Under the pieces are notes generated by a model that did no database searches, was not told where the DNA came from, and saw nothing but the letters and a program-made list of their open reading frames with translations. Made by a program: the position numbers and the translations under genes. Positions 42,831 through 55,098 of a stretch of 64,000 bases of DNA are shown here, piece after piece. The first letter of the stretch is position 1, and each line of letters opens with the position of its first letter. The DNA is taken from contig KZ538079.1 of assembly GCA_000934665.2 (NCBI GenBank), positions 62,001-126,000 of the forward strand, read 5' to 3'. This stretch comes from Catajapyx aquilonaris. Its lineage: Eukaryota.

Positions 42831-43188
42831 AAATTCGCTAACGACTAGAAATGAGTTCAATAATAATAATAATTGGAAAGTAGCGTACTTTAGTGTGTGC
42901 TCATCGCCTTTGAATTCATTTTTGTGCAAAATCCTATTTAAACTTAAATCAACATGATTGGCTGCGAATTTTTTTCCCTTGGAGTCTTTGTGTAGGAGCC
43001 TTCCCTCCCATAGGACTCTGGCCCTATTTGACCAGCCTGTTCCCTCCTGGCCCTTCCTGACGAGTGTGTGTAGTGTACACACACCACACACATATTATAG
43101 GGACTGAGCAAGGTTACTCATACGGCGGTGCACATTCGCACGTGTAAGGGGCGAGGAAGTGGAGTATGTTGTAGGACTGGGCCAAAAA

Positions 43189-43228
43189 AGAGAGAGAGAA
43201 AGGGAGAGGGAGAGAGAGAGAGAGAGAG
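43189..43228. repeat. (GA)n tract
   Basis: Visible purine dinucleotide run with a few interruptions. Confidence 0.85.
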
Positions 43229-45315
43229 GCGAAGGAGTATTATTTTTAAACCACCCCCGTTTGGCTTCAGAATTAGTGGAGAGGACTCGAGAGGCGAGTT
43301 CTACTCGGCTCCCCCTAAGATATATTTCTCCAAGAGTGGTGGTATGCAAATGGTCGGAAGTGAGTGCAATGGTGCAGGTGAGTGAACGGGTAGTGCTGCA
43401 ATAACACACACATTGCGCGACGTCATGGTGTGACGTATAGTGTATGTGGTTTAGACAGAGATAGATAGAGAGATAGAGCGAGTGGGAGGTAAAGGATAAG
43501 GGCGATCGGAGGTGCTCTTGAGATCGTGTCGTCACAAGTGCTCGATGGGTGCTGCTGGTATGGTAGTGTCGCGAGTATGCTGGGAGTGCACAGGTTCTGT
43601 GTCTTGGAGGCTGTTCGGGCCAAGGAGGGTCTTGGAAGGTGGACCTACGTTGGGTACGACACACCAGATCAATGGTATTATTCAGATTCACCTAATAGTG
43701 GCAGCTAATATTTTTGTAGCCTCAAAAAGTAACTGTTTCTAAGAGTGGGGCAGAAAAGCGCTAAGGTTCAAATTACCTTTGATTGACAATATGTGGAATT
43801 TTCGACCCACTGCTAACTATCAGCAGTACTGGACCAGTGCAGCACTGGCACCGGTACTGCTAAGATATAGCAGTGGAACAAAAATTCGACCCAATGCATA
43901 TCAGGTGCATAAAAATAATGTATGATATAATAACAGTGGCATGTTGAGGAGGTCGCAAGAGTTTCAGCCCTCCCTCAAAACCATTAAATTTCTTCAAGTA
44001 CAGTGCATAATTATAATTGAATAATTTTGAAGAAAGCGTGTACTGCATAGTTATATTAATTTTATGAAAAATAGCAACATTAACGTCTCTGCAATGTTAC
44101 TATGGTACAGTTGTTTGGTACAGGTGTAGGTATGTTTGCTGCCAATATAGCAGTATTACATGTAATAATTAATATTTATAATAATTTTACGTTATAATGT
44201 ATAATAAACTAGGACCCAAGTGTCTGTACTGTATGTTTACATTAATTTCACGAAAAATAGCAACTTTCACTCTGCTGCAGTTACTATGGTACAGTAGCTG
44301 CTAATATATTAGCCTACATATAATTAATATTTATAATTATTATATTATAATAACATGACGGCATAATAGGGCCTTACCGGTGTGTGACGTAGGTAGACTG
44401 AAGTGACAGCTACTAGTACGTGCAATGCATTTTTATTGCTTACTCAACTATAGATTTTAGGTTAGTCAGATATAATTTTTGGGTCGTAGAATTGCATGGT
44501 GTAGGTCGTGCACTTTTTAAGCACCCTGTGAGCCACAAAGGAATTTGAAAATGCATACCGTTGTCTCCTACATATCAAAAAGTGAAGATAGTCCCACACT
44601 TATTGATAAGCGTTACACAACGGGTTCAAGAACATGAAAGGAGGAAAAATACCATTTTGTTAAGTAGAGATGGGACCAGCACCGCAACAATATTTCTTTC
44701 CAACCTAACCAGTGCGGGATAAAGTATTGGCCTGTTTCCAGGTAGAGTGTGTAGAGCAGTGGAATTTAAAGCAGCACATTGCACCATTTGGTCTGACGAG
44801 TGTGACTCATTCCTGTTATTTACCTTTGAATCGAACCTGCTGGGGTGGTATTGAATTTTAAAAAGCAGGGCCCAACAACATTGTTGCAACATGCTTGTCG
44901 CAATAGAGTTCATGAATGTGCATTACCAACTATCTTGATTCGTTTTTTATCTCGTACCATTTGGTGCCAGTGCTTCAGCTGGTTACGTGTGGTATGTAAA
45001 GGGAAATAAAATAGTCGGTGGCCTTGCAGTCGTGCAGTTGAGAGCTGGGTATGAAAAGTGCATGCTAGCATTACGAGTAATCTCAGAGAAGGCTCTGGCC
45101 TTGTCCCCCTCACCTTATGCTATCCATGGTCATACCAAAAGTACTTATCACCTATGAGTCTCAATACGTATCATTGTCGTACCCCACATTGTCTAGCGAG
45201 GACACATTGAAATTGTATGGAGTCAATTACATGAGTCAGTGCCTGCTTCAATGTGCCATTTACATCCTGGTATGTGTTGGATAAGCTGAATAGTAACTGT
45301 CTGTTGTCTCCGCAG

Positions 45316-46492
45316 GTATGAGCTGTCCCAGGACCTATTGGACAAGCAGATTGAGATGCTGGAGAGGAAGTATGGTGGTGTCCGAGCTCGCCATGCTGCC
45401 CTGACCATCCAGAGGGCCTTCAGGAGGTACACTCTCCTTAAGAAGTTTGCGGCCATCACTGCCATGGCCAAGGCGGAGAACAAGCGCTTGAGTCGCAGGC
45501 TGGCACCGGTTGACCTGGAGCGTGACCTTGGACTCATACTGCAATCAAATGGAGAGCTGTGTGACGGTAGCGATGATCCAGAGTCACTTATCCGCAACAA
45601 CTTTGCTTCGCTGTACCGAGAACTGAGTGACACTTTAGAGAATGGGTCGAGCCATCCGCCAGAAAGGAAGGCACATCCAACTAGAGCCTTTTCACTGAGG
45701 GAGCGGAGACCACCTTCACCCCAGTCTGGTAGCCAAACACCAAACCATCGCTTGGAGTTGGAACGAGTTACCAGCACACCACGTGGTGGGATCGAAACGG
45801 AGTCGGACTTGTCTGATCGTGAGATGCCATCGTACAGTGCATTCGAAGAGAGTTCCGTGTACTATACGCCAACAGTGTTGACTCCATGCCGCAATCACAT
45901 AGTCCGCCATGGTTCAATCGACAGCCCATTACGGATGCCCAATGGAGTTAACATTGATGCCAGTTGCTATTACACTCCGCGTGAGTCACTAAGCGAAGAC
46001 AGTGGTGTTGGGAGCGACCGCCATGTACTGTATCCACGTGGTTCCTGGCGCGATGCAAGTGTGTGGAGCACTCCGCAGCAGGGGCGCTCATCACGCTCGC
46101 AGTCACGCACCAAGGTCCCACCCGAGGTTCCAAAGCGCACATCCTCAATCAGCACTCGGTCAATGTCGACGGAGACTCGGTGGCAGGAGACTACGTGGGT
46201 CGAAGAACATTACCACCATCATCACCATCACCAGCAGCATCACCATCACCACCAGAGAGGATATGTGGCAGCTCCCAGCCCCCAGTTTGTGAGGTCACCC
46301 AGTCTGACATCAGCCGGTGCAGGCGATGGGGTGCTGGGGAAGTCCTCGGTGGATAATGGAAGCATGTCCAGCATCCAGTCTTCCAGCAGTGACAGCAGCA
46401 GTGTGTCTGTCGACAGGGTGGTTGGAGAGACTGAGCTGGACTGTGCGGGCAGGCCTGGAAGGACAAGCCCGGTCTGGAAACGGAAAGGACAG
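45316..46492 (+). CDS. IQSEC1: IQSEC/BRAG constant exon 2: IQ-like motif plus long Ser/Pro/His-rich linker
   Basis: Acceptor tgttgtctccgcag and donor gttagt at 46493. Contains MLERKYGG..ARHAALTIQRAFRRY (IQ motif), KVPPEVPKRTSSI and SPVWKRK; matches ORF 45338-46543. Confidence 0.95.
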
Positions 46493-46549
46493 GTTAGTAT
46501 CATGCAAATTATTGCACTTGTCTTGGACCTAACGTATTTGTAATTTCAG

Positions 46550-47014
46550 CCGCCACCGCCAGAGCATATGTGCCCAGTGTCCAAAGCGGAGAGCCGCCGA
46601 CTAGCCAATCACGCCAAGCCCACGGTCGCCCCCCAACAACAAGTGCCTCCATCGGAAGAGCCCTCCAGCACAGCCAGCACTGCCACAGCCACCACCGCCT
46701 CTGTGCCGCCCCAAAGACACCACCAGTACCGCAGCACCCACTCGACTGAATCTCAGACCAGCAACTCGGTGGTGTACAACAAGGTCCCTGAGGTGGTGCG
46801 CAAGAGGCAGTACCGAGTGGGGCTGAACCTGTTCAACAAGAAGCCGGAGAAGGGCGTCCTCTACCTCATGCAGAGAGGCTTCCTGGAGAACTCACCCCAG
46901 GCGGTGGCCAGGTTCCTCATCTCCAGGAAGGGGCTCAGCAAGCAGATGATCGGGGAGTACCTCGGAAACCTTCAGAGCTCTTTCAACATGACTGTGCTCG
47001 ACTGTTTTGCACAG
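46550..47014 (+). CDS. IQSEC1: IQSEC/BRAG constant exon 3: N-terminal half of the Sec7 domain
   Basis: Preceded by a 57-bp GT-AG intron (46493-46549, phase 0). Encodes [19 protein letters not shown]...[12 protein letters not shown]; donor gtatgg at 47015. Confidence 0.96.
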
Positions 47015-47075
47015 GTATGGTTATATTCAGATTGTGTACAAACCGCAGTAATTTACACCTGCTGTTTATAATTAG

Positions 47076-47574
47076 GAGCTGGATTTGGCTCACCTGGAAG
47101 TGGATGTTGCCCTTCGGAAGTTCCAGACATATTTCCGCATGCCAGGTGAGGCGCAGAAGATCGAGCGGCTGATGGAGGTGTTTGGACAGCGCTACTGCCA
47201 GTGCAACCCCGAGTGTGTGTCCAAGTTCCGTTCCCCCGACGTGGTATTTGTGTTAGCTTTTGCGGTCATCATGCTCAACACCGATCTGCACACACCCAAC
47301 CTGAAGCCAGAGCGGAGGATGAAGCTGGATGAGTTTGTGCGCAACCTTCGAGGGATAGATGATGGTGCGGACATCGAGAGGGACTTGCTGGTTGGGGTGT
47401 ACGAGAGAGTGAAAGCGGCAGAGTTCAAGCCCGGCTCTGACCATGTGACTCAGGTCATGAAGGTGCAGCAGACCATTGTTGGCAAGAAGCCAAACCTTGC
47501 TCTTCCGCACCGGCGACTTGTGTGCTACTGTAGGCTGTATGAGATACCTGACGTTAACAAAAAGGAACGACAAG
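47076..47574 (+). CDS. IQSEC1: IQSEC/BRAG constant exon 4: catalytic Sec7 half and start of the PH domain
   Basis: Preceded by a 61-bp intron (47015-47075). Contains the glutamate-finger motif FRMPGEAQKIER, IMLNTDLH, DHVTQV and LPHRRLVCYCRL; donor gtaaag at 47575 (phase 1). Confidence 0.97.
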
Positions 47575-47647
47575 GTAAAGCACAATTTTGCAGTAAGGTG
47601 AAAATGTTCTGTACATTTCAAGTGCTAATTTTAATATAAACTTGCAG

Positions 47648-48208
47648 GCACCCACCAACGTGAAGTGTTCCTCTTCAACGACCTCCTGGTGATCACGAAG
47701 ATCTTCAGCAAGAAGAAGAACATGGTTACGTACACCTTCCGCCAGTCGCTCCCTCTCTGCGGGATGGCAGTCGGACTGTTTGAAGCACCCCACTACCAGT
47801 ACGGAATCCGGTTGGTTCAGCGGGTGGATGGTAAAGCTCTGGTCACTTTCAACGCCCGGAATGAGCACGATCGTTCCAAGTTTGTGGAAGACCTTCGCGA
47901 GTCAATATCCGAGATGGACGAGATGGAGAACCTGAGGATAGAGGCGGAGCTGGATAAGCAAAAGGCAGCCAGGGCCAGTAGAGGGGGAGGAGGAGGAGGC
48001 GACAGCAACAATCGGGACTCTGGTGTGGCCGACGTGGAGGTTATCACTAGCACTGCCAGTACCAGCAGCACAAAGGACAGTCCGCCAGTGGAGGTCGGCA
48101 GCAGTATCGGAGTTGCAACCACTTCCAAGGTTATTGCGGGGCCAGCTGATCAGTCCGGGTTGAAGAGGTCGGCCCTCAGCAACTCACTCTTGGACATCCA
48201 CGAGCAGT
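47648..48208 (+). CDS. IQSEC1: IQSEC/BRAG constant exon 5: PH domain and coiled coil
   Basis: Preceded by a 73-bp intron. Encodes [18 protein letters not shown]...[16 protein letters not shown]; donor gtgagt at 48209 (phase 1). Confidence 0.96.
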
Positions 48209-48274
48209 GTGAGTACCACATTTTTGGCCGTTATTGTATGAATTGGTAGATATTTACATGTTGTCCCCAAACAG

Positions 48275-48573
48275 GCGACAAGACCCAGCGGAGAGGCAGC
48301 GTGGGTTCTCTGGACAGTGGCATGTCCGTCTCCTTCCAGTCAACATCAGCGTCCAGCATCAGCCGTGACTCCTCCCCACAGAATGTCCAGGGAGGAGCCT
48401 GCGCTGCTGCGAAGGACATGTCCGGCCGTGATCCAAACCGGAGCCTGTCCCAACAGCAGTCCTTCCTCGGTGGGCTTTTCGGAAAGAAGGGTAGGCTACC
48501 AAATGCCGCTGGAGGACCATCGACGAGGGCAGACGTGGGTGCCAATCCCCACAGCCATAGTACTGAAGTCTAA
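48275..48573 (+). CDS. IQSEC1: IQSEC/BRAG terminal coding exon ending in -STEV*
   Basis: Preceded by a 66-bp intron (48209-48274). In frame RRGSVGSLDSGMSVSFQS; TAA at 48571-48573, followed by AT-rich UTR-like sequence. Confidence 0.9.
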
Positions 48574-51500
48574 AGAACTTGTTTCCAGTACTGGGGTGCA
48601 AGTGTAATTTTTTTTTATTATTGTCTTAACTGTGAGGGGTGCCATTTCGGACATTGTATCGCAGGATGCTTGCCAGTTGTTTCGTGGACGAAGGCCAACC
48701 CGACGGCCAGGAGTGTATGTTGTTTTATTATGTATGTTGGGTGAATAGGATGGAAAAAAAACAAGACCGATGCAGAGAGATATTTTATAGAAAAAAAAAG
48801 TAATTACCAATCTGGCTGCACATGGGAGTTTTTTTTTTCCTTGCATAACTTGTGAACAGTATTTGTGGTTGACGTTACCCTGATCCCCGTGTTTTTATCA
48901 TTGCTGTTTTTTGTCAACTATTCATGCTCAAAGTTATTACTTATTATTACTATTATTATTATTGCACGTTATTTATTAATCAGGTTCGAGATTTGAGGCA
49001 GTGGATTCCACTGCATGTCTGGACTCAGTGCGAGTTTATTACGGTATTCTACAAAACGCAATAAGTGTTGATATTTCGCCAAGGCAAGTTAAGAAGTAAT
49101 AACCTTAAATAATAAAAATAGGTGTCCTTATTATGAGTAAAAATGCGTAATTTGTTAACCCGTATCTCTAAGAAGGAAAAAAAAAATATCACTACTCCCT
49201 ATTGTGGTTCTGAAGTGCAGATTTAATTTTTAATTATCATTATTTTTTTGTTGTTCTCTTGTACTCTCTAATATCTGGTCAGTGTGTGGTGTGAGATGTT
49301 TTTAACTAGTCTACTAGTGTTGAGGGGGGAGATAAAGCTGGAAACAGGGAGAGTTAATTGTACATGTCAGATAAATAACCAAAGTCTGCCTGTGAAGACA
49401 AAACGAGAGAAAAAAAAAGGGTAGAAAATGAAGCGTGGGGGGAGAAAAAAAAGCTGCAACCGGAACTTATTGCTTATAGACTGTAGACTATGCATACTAT
49501 TCTTTGAGGCCTCTTTTAAACTAATTACTCTTGGAAGAGAGAGAGAGAGAGAGAGAAACAATAGTTTTCAGAAAATAGTGCCATGGAAGACAATGAAACC
49601 ATTGGTTGTAAATACATCGAGATGAGGTGCAGTACAAAATTTTACTATCGCCGACTGACATTTTAAAGAGATTGGTTCGCACAAAAAAAATAAAAAATGG
49701 AAAGGGTGAAAAAAAATATAAGCAGGCAAAAAACTGTACATGTGGTGCTGATAAGTCAGTATGATACTATGATACAGTCTGTGTTTTTTGCTCTGATTTT
49801 GTAAAGTCAGGCAAGTCTCAGCCTAGTCAGCAATGTAAAAACCGCTCTTGCTAGGCAGGAGTAGTTTTTCTTTTTTTGAAAATTTATTTTTTTCCGTCTT
49901 GTGTGCACATATGCTTGTGTATAAATATTCGAATCCCTTTGTATAAAGTTTTTTTTTTGTATTAGTTTTGATCTTTTAGGCCCAACAAACAACGGAAACA
50001 TTGAGGCGTGTTCATTCAAAGCACACAATGTCCATCTCTCAAGTCGAGATGTCTTCTTGATTTGTATGATGACGGACATTCGCTTCTTTGAGTCGACACT
50101 GCACAAATGTGTTCAACACAGGCAAACCTATGTCACAAAAAGACAGTTTGGAAAGCTTTCCCTGGGCACAAAACCAGTGTGAGAGGCGCCTGAGTGCCCT
50201 CATCCTGTAAAATGTTGGGATGCCTGTCGATATGATGCATCGTATTTGTCTCTTCCACGCAAACTTTCCGTTCGGGTTGCAGTGTACTTCAGGTTACTCA
50301 ATATAGCGACACAGGCTGATGTTCCCAGCACCTCCGAGTCAGTATTATCTGCATTGCTGGTTTCAAGCAAACTGTACTACTTATATCGACTGGCATCTCT
50401 AGTTATTGTACTCTTTACCCTGTGGTTGAATTCTGTACATATAAACACTAAACTGTAACTGTATCATACTTGTACAGTTCTCAAAAGGGAATTTTACTTT
50501 TGAAGATTCCCCAATGCAGAGCTAATAATACAAACCTCATGAAAGAAAATTGAGTTGATGTTTTCCAACCCAATCACTTGTATGAATTTCAGATTGATGA
50601 TAATATTTGTCATCAAATGTCGCACATTATTCAATAATATTTCATTGGCACTCGGCCGGTGGGCCTGCCATGTGCTCTTCCCGTAGCTCTGCCCTGTGGT
50701 GCACCATCGTGCATAACCAGGTGAGCCCTAATAACCATGATAGAAGTGTGAACATGCAAGTTTCTCAGCGCATCTTTTTCGCATCTGAGAGAGAGAGAGC
50801 TGTCTCTCTCAGATGTCTTCTGACTCTCAGCAGCTCTGCTGAGAGTCAGAAGACAACTCAGGACCTGCCCACAGAAGGATCGTCCCAGGTTGACCTGTCA
50901 TGATTGCATGAATACTATATGCAATGTGAGTCATAGAGGAAATTTCTTTCCCGACTCAATGTGCTGCTTTGCAACTCCCAACTTACACGAATATATGATG
51001 GGTTCCCGCACCATTCCAGTAATGCACCAACACGAATCGTGGGCAGATATTCGCAGTGAAGTGGACAGATGGATCTGCAGGCATGAAAACTTCCAAAATT
51101 GAAGGTAAAAATTGTCATGGCCATCATTGCAATATTCTACCCAAATTAACCAAATCAGACTAGATGAATCATAATTAGGCTCTACACAGAGCCTGATCAA
51201 ATAATAAACTCGGGACAGTATCCTGGGAGATCTCTCTTCCCTCTATAGTGAGCAGAGTTTGTATGTTTGTCCGTGTTGTTATGCACACACACTAGCAGAA
51301 AAGCCCGTTCTGCGCATCAGTCATATCTGACCTGTGAACTTTTGCATCATTTCTTATGACATCCATTTTTAAAAAATAAATAGAAAACTTCACTCTCGAG
51401 ATCTGTAATTTCACAAAAAAATCGTCTAATATAGTCCTTATGACCAAGTCTATGTGTCACTTCTGACCAAAATGTGACTCGGATCATCCTGCAATTTAGG

Positions 51501-51589
51501 TTTTCACTTGATTTATTTGAAAAGAGCTGAGACAACTAAGGGCACGAGGCATGACTGGTTGCAACTGTAAAAGAAAATATATACATACC

Positions 51590-51722
51590 TCATGCCCGAT
51601 TGCACCAACGAAATTACCGATTCGATAGCTCCTAACAGATCGTTAGCACACGTTAAAAGGGTGTCCTAACGATCTGTTTGGAGCTATGGAATGGGTAATT
51701 TCGCTGGTGCAATCAGGCATCA
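51590..51722. mobile_element. Hairpin MITE, possibly PIF/Harbinger type (3-bp TCA TSD)
   Basis: About 59-bp arms (TGCCCGATTGCACCAACGAAATTACC...AACAGATCGTTAG.ACAC) around a ~9-nt loop, with TCA on both flanks. Confidence 0.75.
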
Positions 51723-51749
51723 GTGCGATGTTCTGAAAATAACCTGTGC

Positions 51750-51870
51750 TAAATTGTATTCATCCTTAGAACAGTACTGACATCTCAAGCCATTAAATTT
51801 TTACTACATTGCTGACAATCATTGTTACTCATTGTGATGTCAGTACTATTGCAAGGCTGATTACATTTTA
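51750..51870. mobile_element. Small inverted-repeat element (MITE relic)
   Basis: About 40-bp imperfect arms sharing AGTACTGACATC / GATGTCAGTACT. Confidence 0.55.
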
Positions 51871-52649
51871 TAAGTGATCCACTGGGTACACAAAGCTAGT
51901 GCGATCGTAAGGCAGGTGACATAACAAAGAGAGATGCACAATTTCATCACAATCAAAGTCAACTTTTAATCAATCAAATTTCATACGTATACCACCTTGA
52001 CATTGAACGATGCCTTATGGATTACAATTCCAGGAACATTTAAGAAATTGAGACATTGAGAACATTGGCAAACATAAAACGACATTTGTTACAACTGGAC
52101 TGGCTTAATATGATGCTTGAGTCCAACATACAAACAATATGTTCTCATCGTTCTGATCTTGGCAAAACTACCACCAGCATGACATTTCACGTGGGAAAAT
52201 TATGCACCCTTCATGAGTGATTCTTCACACTACTCAATACAATGGTAACGCTATGTAAATTCCTGTCTCCTTAAAATATCCGGAACATTTGTTCCACATG
52301 ATCATACGCCTTATGATTTGTAGTGCTTCACAATCGGATGCCAGATATAACTGCGAAGTGTACACAATCACATTAATACAGTTGCAACACTTGGTTGATT
52401 GCAAAACCTTGTTCACTCGATCACTATGGGTCATGGATTAAATTGCACATGGCATAAAAATACATTTCCTGCACTAAATCTCAGTAAGTCACCCTGACAA
52501 AACGAGTGTCACAAATGCAAAACCCAAGGGCTAAATCTGGCAATATCTCCCCCATATGCACCTCTCAATTAGCTTCATGATAACATGCCCATATTGTGGC
52601 CCGTAATTCCAGAAGGCGAGGTGAGGGGGGGAAAAAACCAGTAGGAATT

Positions 52650-53660
52650 TTAGGCCCACGGGTAACTTGATAATAATATAACATAATTTGCACCGGAACA
52701 GCAAACTTTAAGCAATACATGCTGCGAAAGCCACCATATGAGGGGCTGAAGCACTTTATCATTGCATATACTAACGGTTTAGTGTGCAACTGAGACTTTT
52801 CAAGGAAGAGAGTACCCCCCTAATTCCCCCAGATTTTCTAAAGAAGTATAATCTTGGTGAGCTCGATGTCCTGCCATTGAATGAGACTGTTCTCCCAGGG
52901 AATGTGACATTCTTCGACCTGTTTTTTATGTCCTTGAATTTGACAGGCATCTTGGTGGACAAAAATGGCATTTGTGCAACTGGTCCAGTCCAAAAAAAAC
53001 AGGTTGGCCAAAACTGCACTGACAAAACGGAAGTCAGACAAGGAGCTCACAAAAATGCCATGCAATACATCTGTACAACTGGTGCGCAATGACCAAAAGC
53101 AATGGCTCAACAAGACATCATGCAAGTCCTAGTGATGTTTGAGACCATATAGGTTGGCTGGGCTGGGGCCAGGGAGATTGAAATAACGAACACAACTGAC
53201 TATCATGTTGTGCTCTATAATATCACATTTCGCTCTGGAAAGGATTTTAAGGTTTATGATACTTTGATGGTACCTGCTGGACAAGCGGTTCCTGTTAAAC
53301 TGCTTTGCGACCATGCAAACTTTGAAAATCCGCACATTTACATTTCACAATTTCACCATGTTACGGGGAGTCACAGCTACAGCCGTGGCCAGTTCACTGT
53401 TACTGCCCTGCGCTGCGCAGCCAACAAGATGAACCAAGTTTGTGATTCAAAGATTGTCAAGGGTGAATTCTCAGTCTAGACCAGCTACCTAATTCTGAGG
53501 CGCCTCCCACAGTATCCAGTCCCTGGCATGCTGTATGAAATTGAACAGAAATTTGGAGATGACAGATGCTTCATGGAATTATTTCCAGCCCTGGGAAGGC
53601 ATCTGACTCCAGAGACAATATTTTACCTTTGTTATCAATTATTATTATTATTATTTCATT
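52650..53660 (+). pseudogene. Probable decayed DEG/ENaC (pickpocket/ASIC-like) channel pseudogene
   Basis: One reading frame 52784-~53660 interrupted by stops at 53090, 53150 and 53477. Motif order resembles DEG/ENaC: MVPAGQAVPVKL, SYSRG...LRC...C, TSYLILRRLPQYPVPGMLYEI...LT.ETIFYLC. Judged by eye only. Confidence 0.45.
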
Positions 53661-54029
53661 TCACATATAGTAAGTTATTTTTGAAATGATTGCATTAAAC
53701 TCTTTCCATAGTTTGGATTATTTCAGCAACCCTTCCAAATTAATTGCAATTGGCAGGGGGTTGCAGAACCTTTTAACATTTCTGCATCACTTCCATGTGA
53801 TTCCGGATGCGAAAAGTTGGTCTCGTATGCAAGTACTGGGCACTCTCGCTACATCACCAAAGCTATTTTAGAGCAACAAGGAAAAGGTAACAGTCTTGTC
53901 CTCCTTATTAGAGCTTGAGTGCCAATTATTATCCCAACTAATAGCTACCATAGCCAACGTAGACACTAAACCCAGCATTAGCACTGAGACACTGATCTCC
54001 AGGAACGGGTGATTCGATTTAACAGCAAG

Positions 54030-54255
54030 TTACTCATGACCATCCCGAGGGTCGAGCCTCTGAGTCACCATTGCAATTCATCCATCATGTAGAGATGGCT
54101 GGCCAAATGTCACAATGGTCTGACTTGGAAAAGATCAATTGTCTGAAATGCAAGTTGCAAGACCCTGCTTCCACCCAGGTCATGTTTTCACAAGAATTTG
54201 AAAATATTAGTTATTAGAACACTTTCAATAAACATGTTCTCGAGCATTTTAGTTG
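54030..54255 (+). mobile_element. Ty3/gypsy-like LTR retrotransposon gag (capsid N-terminal) relic
   Basis: Frame from 54062 reads ESPLQFIHHVEMAGQMSQWSDLEKINCLKCKLQDPAS...Y*NTFNKHVLEHFS, matching the F...E.A....W.D.EK.....KL...A...F...L..F pattern of invertebrate gypsy Gag. Confidence 0.6.
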
Positions 54256-55098
54256 CACTCGCAGTTACGGTGAGTTCATAGGCAAATTGTCAACTAAACC
54301 ATCCCTTTAAATGTAATTACTTGACATGTGCACACTTCATTTTTGAAATGGAGTTTGAGTGTTGCCCGAGTCGAGTCGTAAATGGTGTGATTCCTAGTTG
54401 GCCTTGTATGTAAGTACTGGGCTCTCTCTCCACAGACAGCAACATTTACATGAGGTGCTCTTACAAGCTCTTTGCCACACCCCAACACGTAATAAGGGTC
54501 AGAAAACAAACCTCTAACAAGCATAAGTAATCACTTAAATACTGCATGATACATCGTGTTCACATCAGTACAAGCCAAAATATCATCCTCTCCTAGGTTA
54601 CATTGCATTACTCAATGCTTCACTTGGCAAGAGAAACCAAACGTGCATACCCCATGAGCACACCTTCGCCAAACCTCTGTTCCTTTTCTCCACTTAAGTT
54701 CTCCCTTGCAGTTTCCCCTACTATGGGAAGTACCAGCCATACAACCACAAGAGGCCATCCCAGCAGGTGATGACCAGACAGCAGCAGCCCCTACACACAA
54801 GGCGGCAGCACCTCATCAGAGTGGGTGACAGCAGGCTCCCAAGAGCGACGGACGTTGTCTGTGGCCACGTGTGTCCAGCACACCAGCCTGGCTATTGTAT
54901 GTAGCCCAATTTCAGGTTCGCCCCCTCCCCGTGTGATGCCTGGTGCCAAAACACCCCTACTCATCACACAAATTATCCTTATCCTTGATAAACACAAATT
55001 ATCCTTATCCCTTACGAGCCCAAGTCCGAGAAGCAGTCCTACGGTTACGAGCAGCCCAAGTACGAGAAGCAGTCCTACGACTACGAGCAGCCCAGACA

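Noticed and set aside
45223..48846. Numerous minus-strand and off-frame ORFs over the IQSEC exons
   Set aside because: Shadows of GC-rich coding sequence with no independent motifs.
51592..51720. pre-miRNA
   Set aside because: Arms too long and near-perfect, with a TSD-like flank; better explained as a MITE.
51920..52440. Possible retroelement env-like frame (ITKRDAQ... helical segment)
   Set aside because: Too degenerate; no diagnostic motif could be confirmed by eye.
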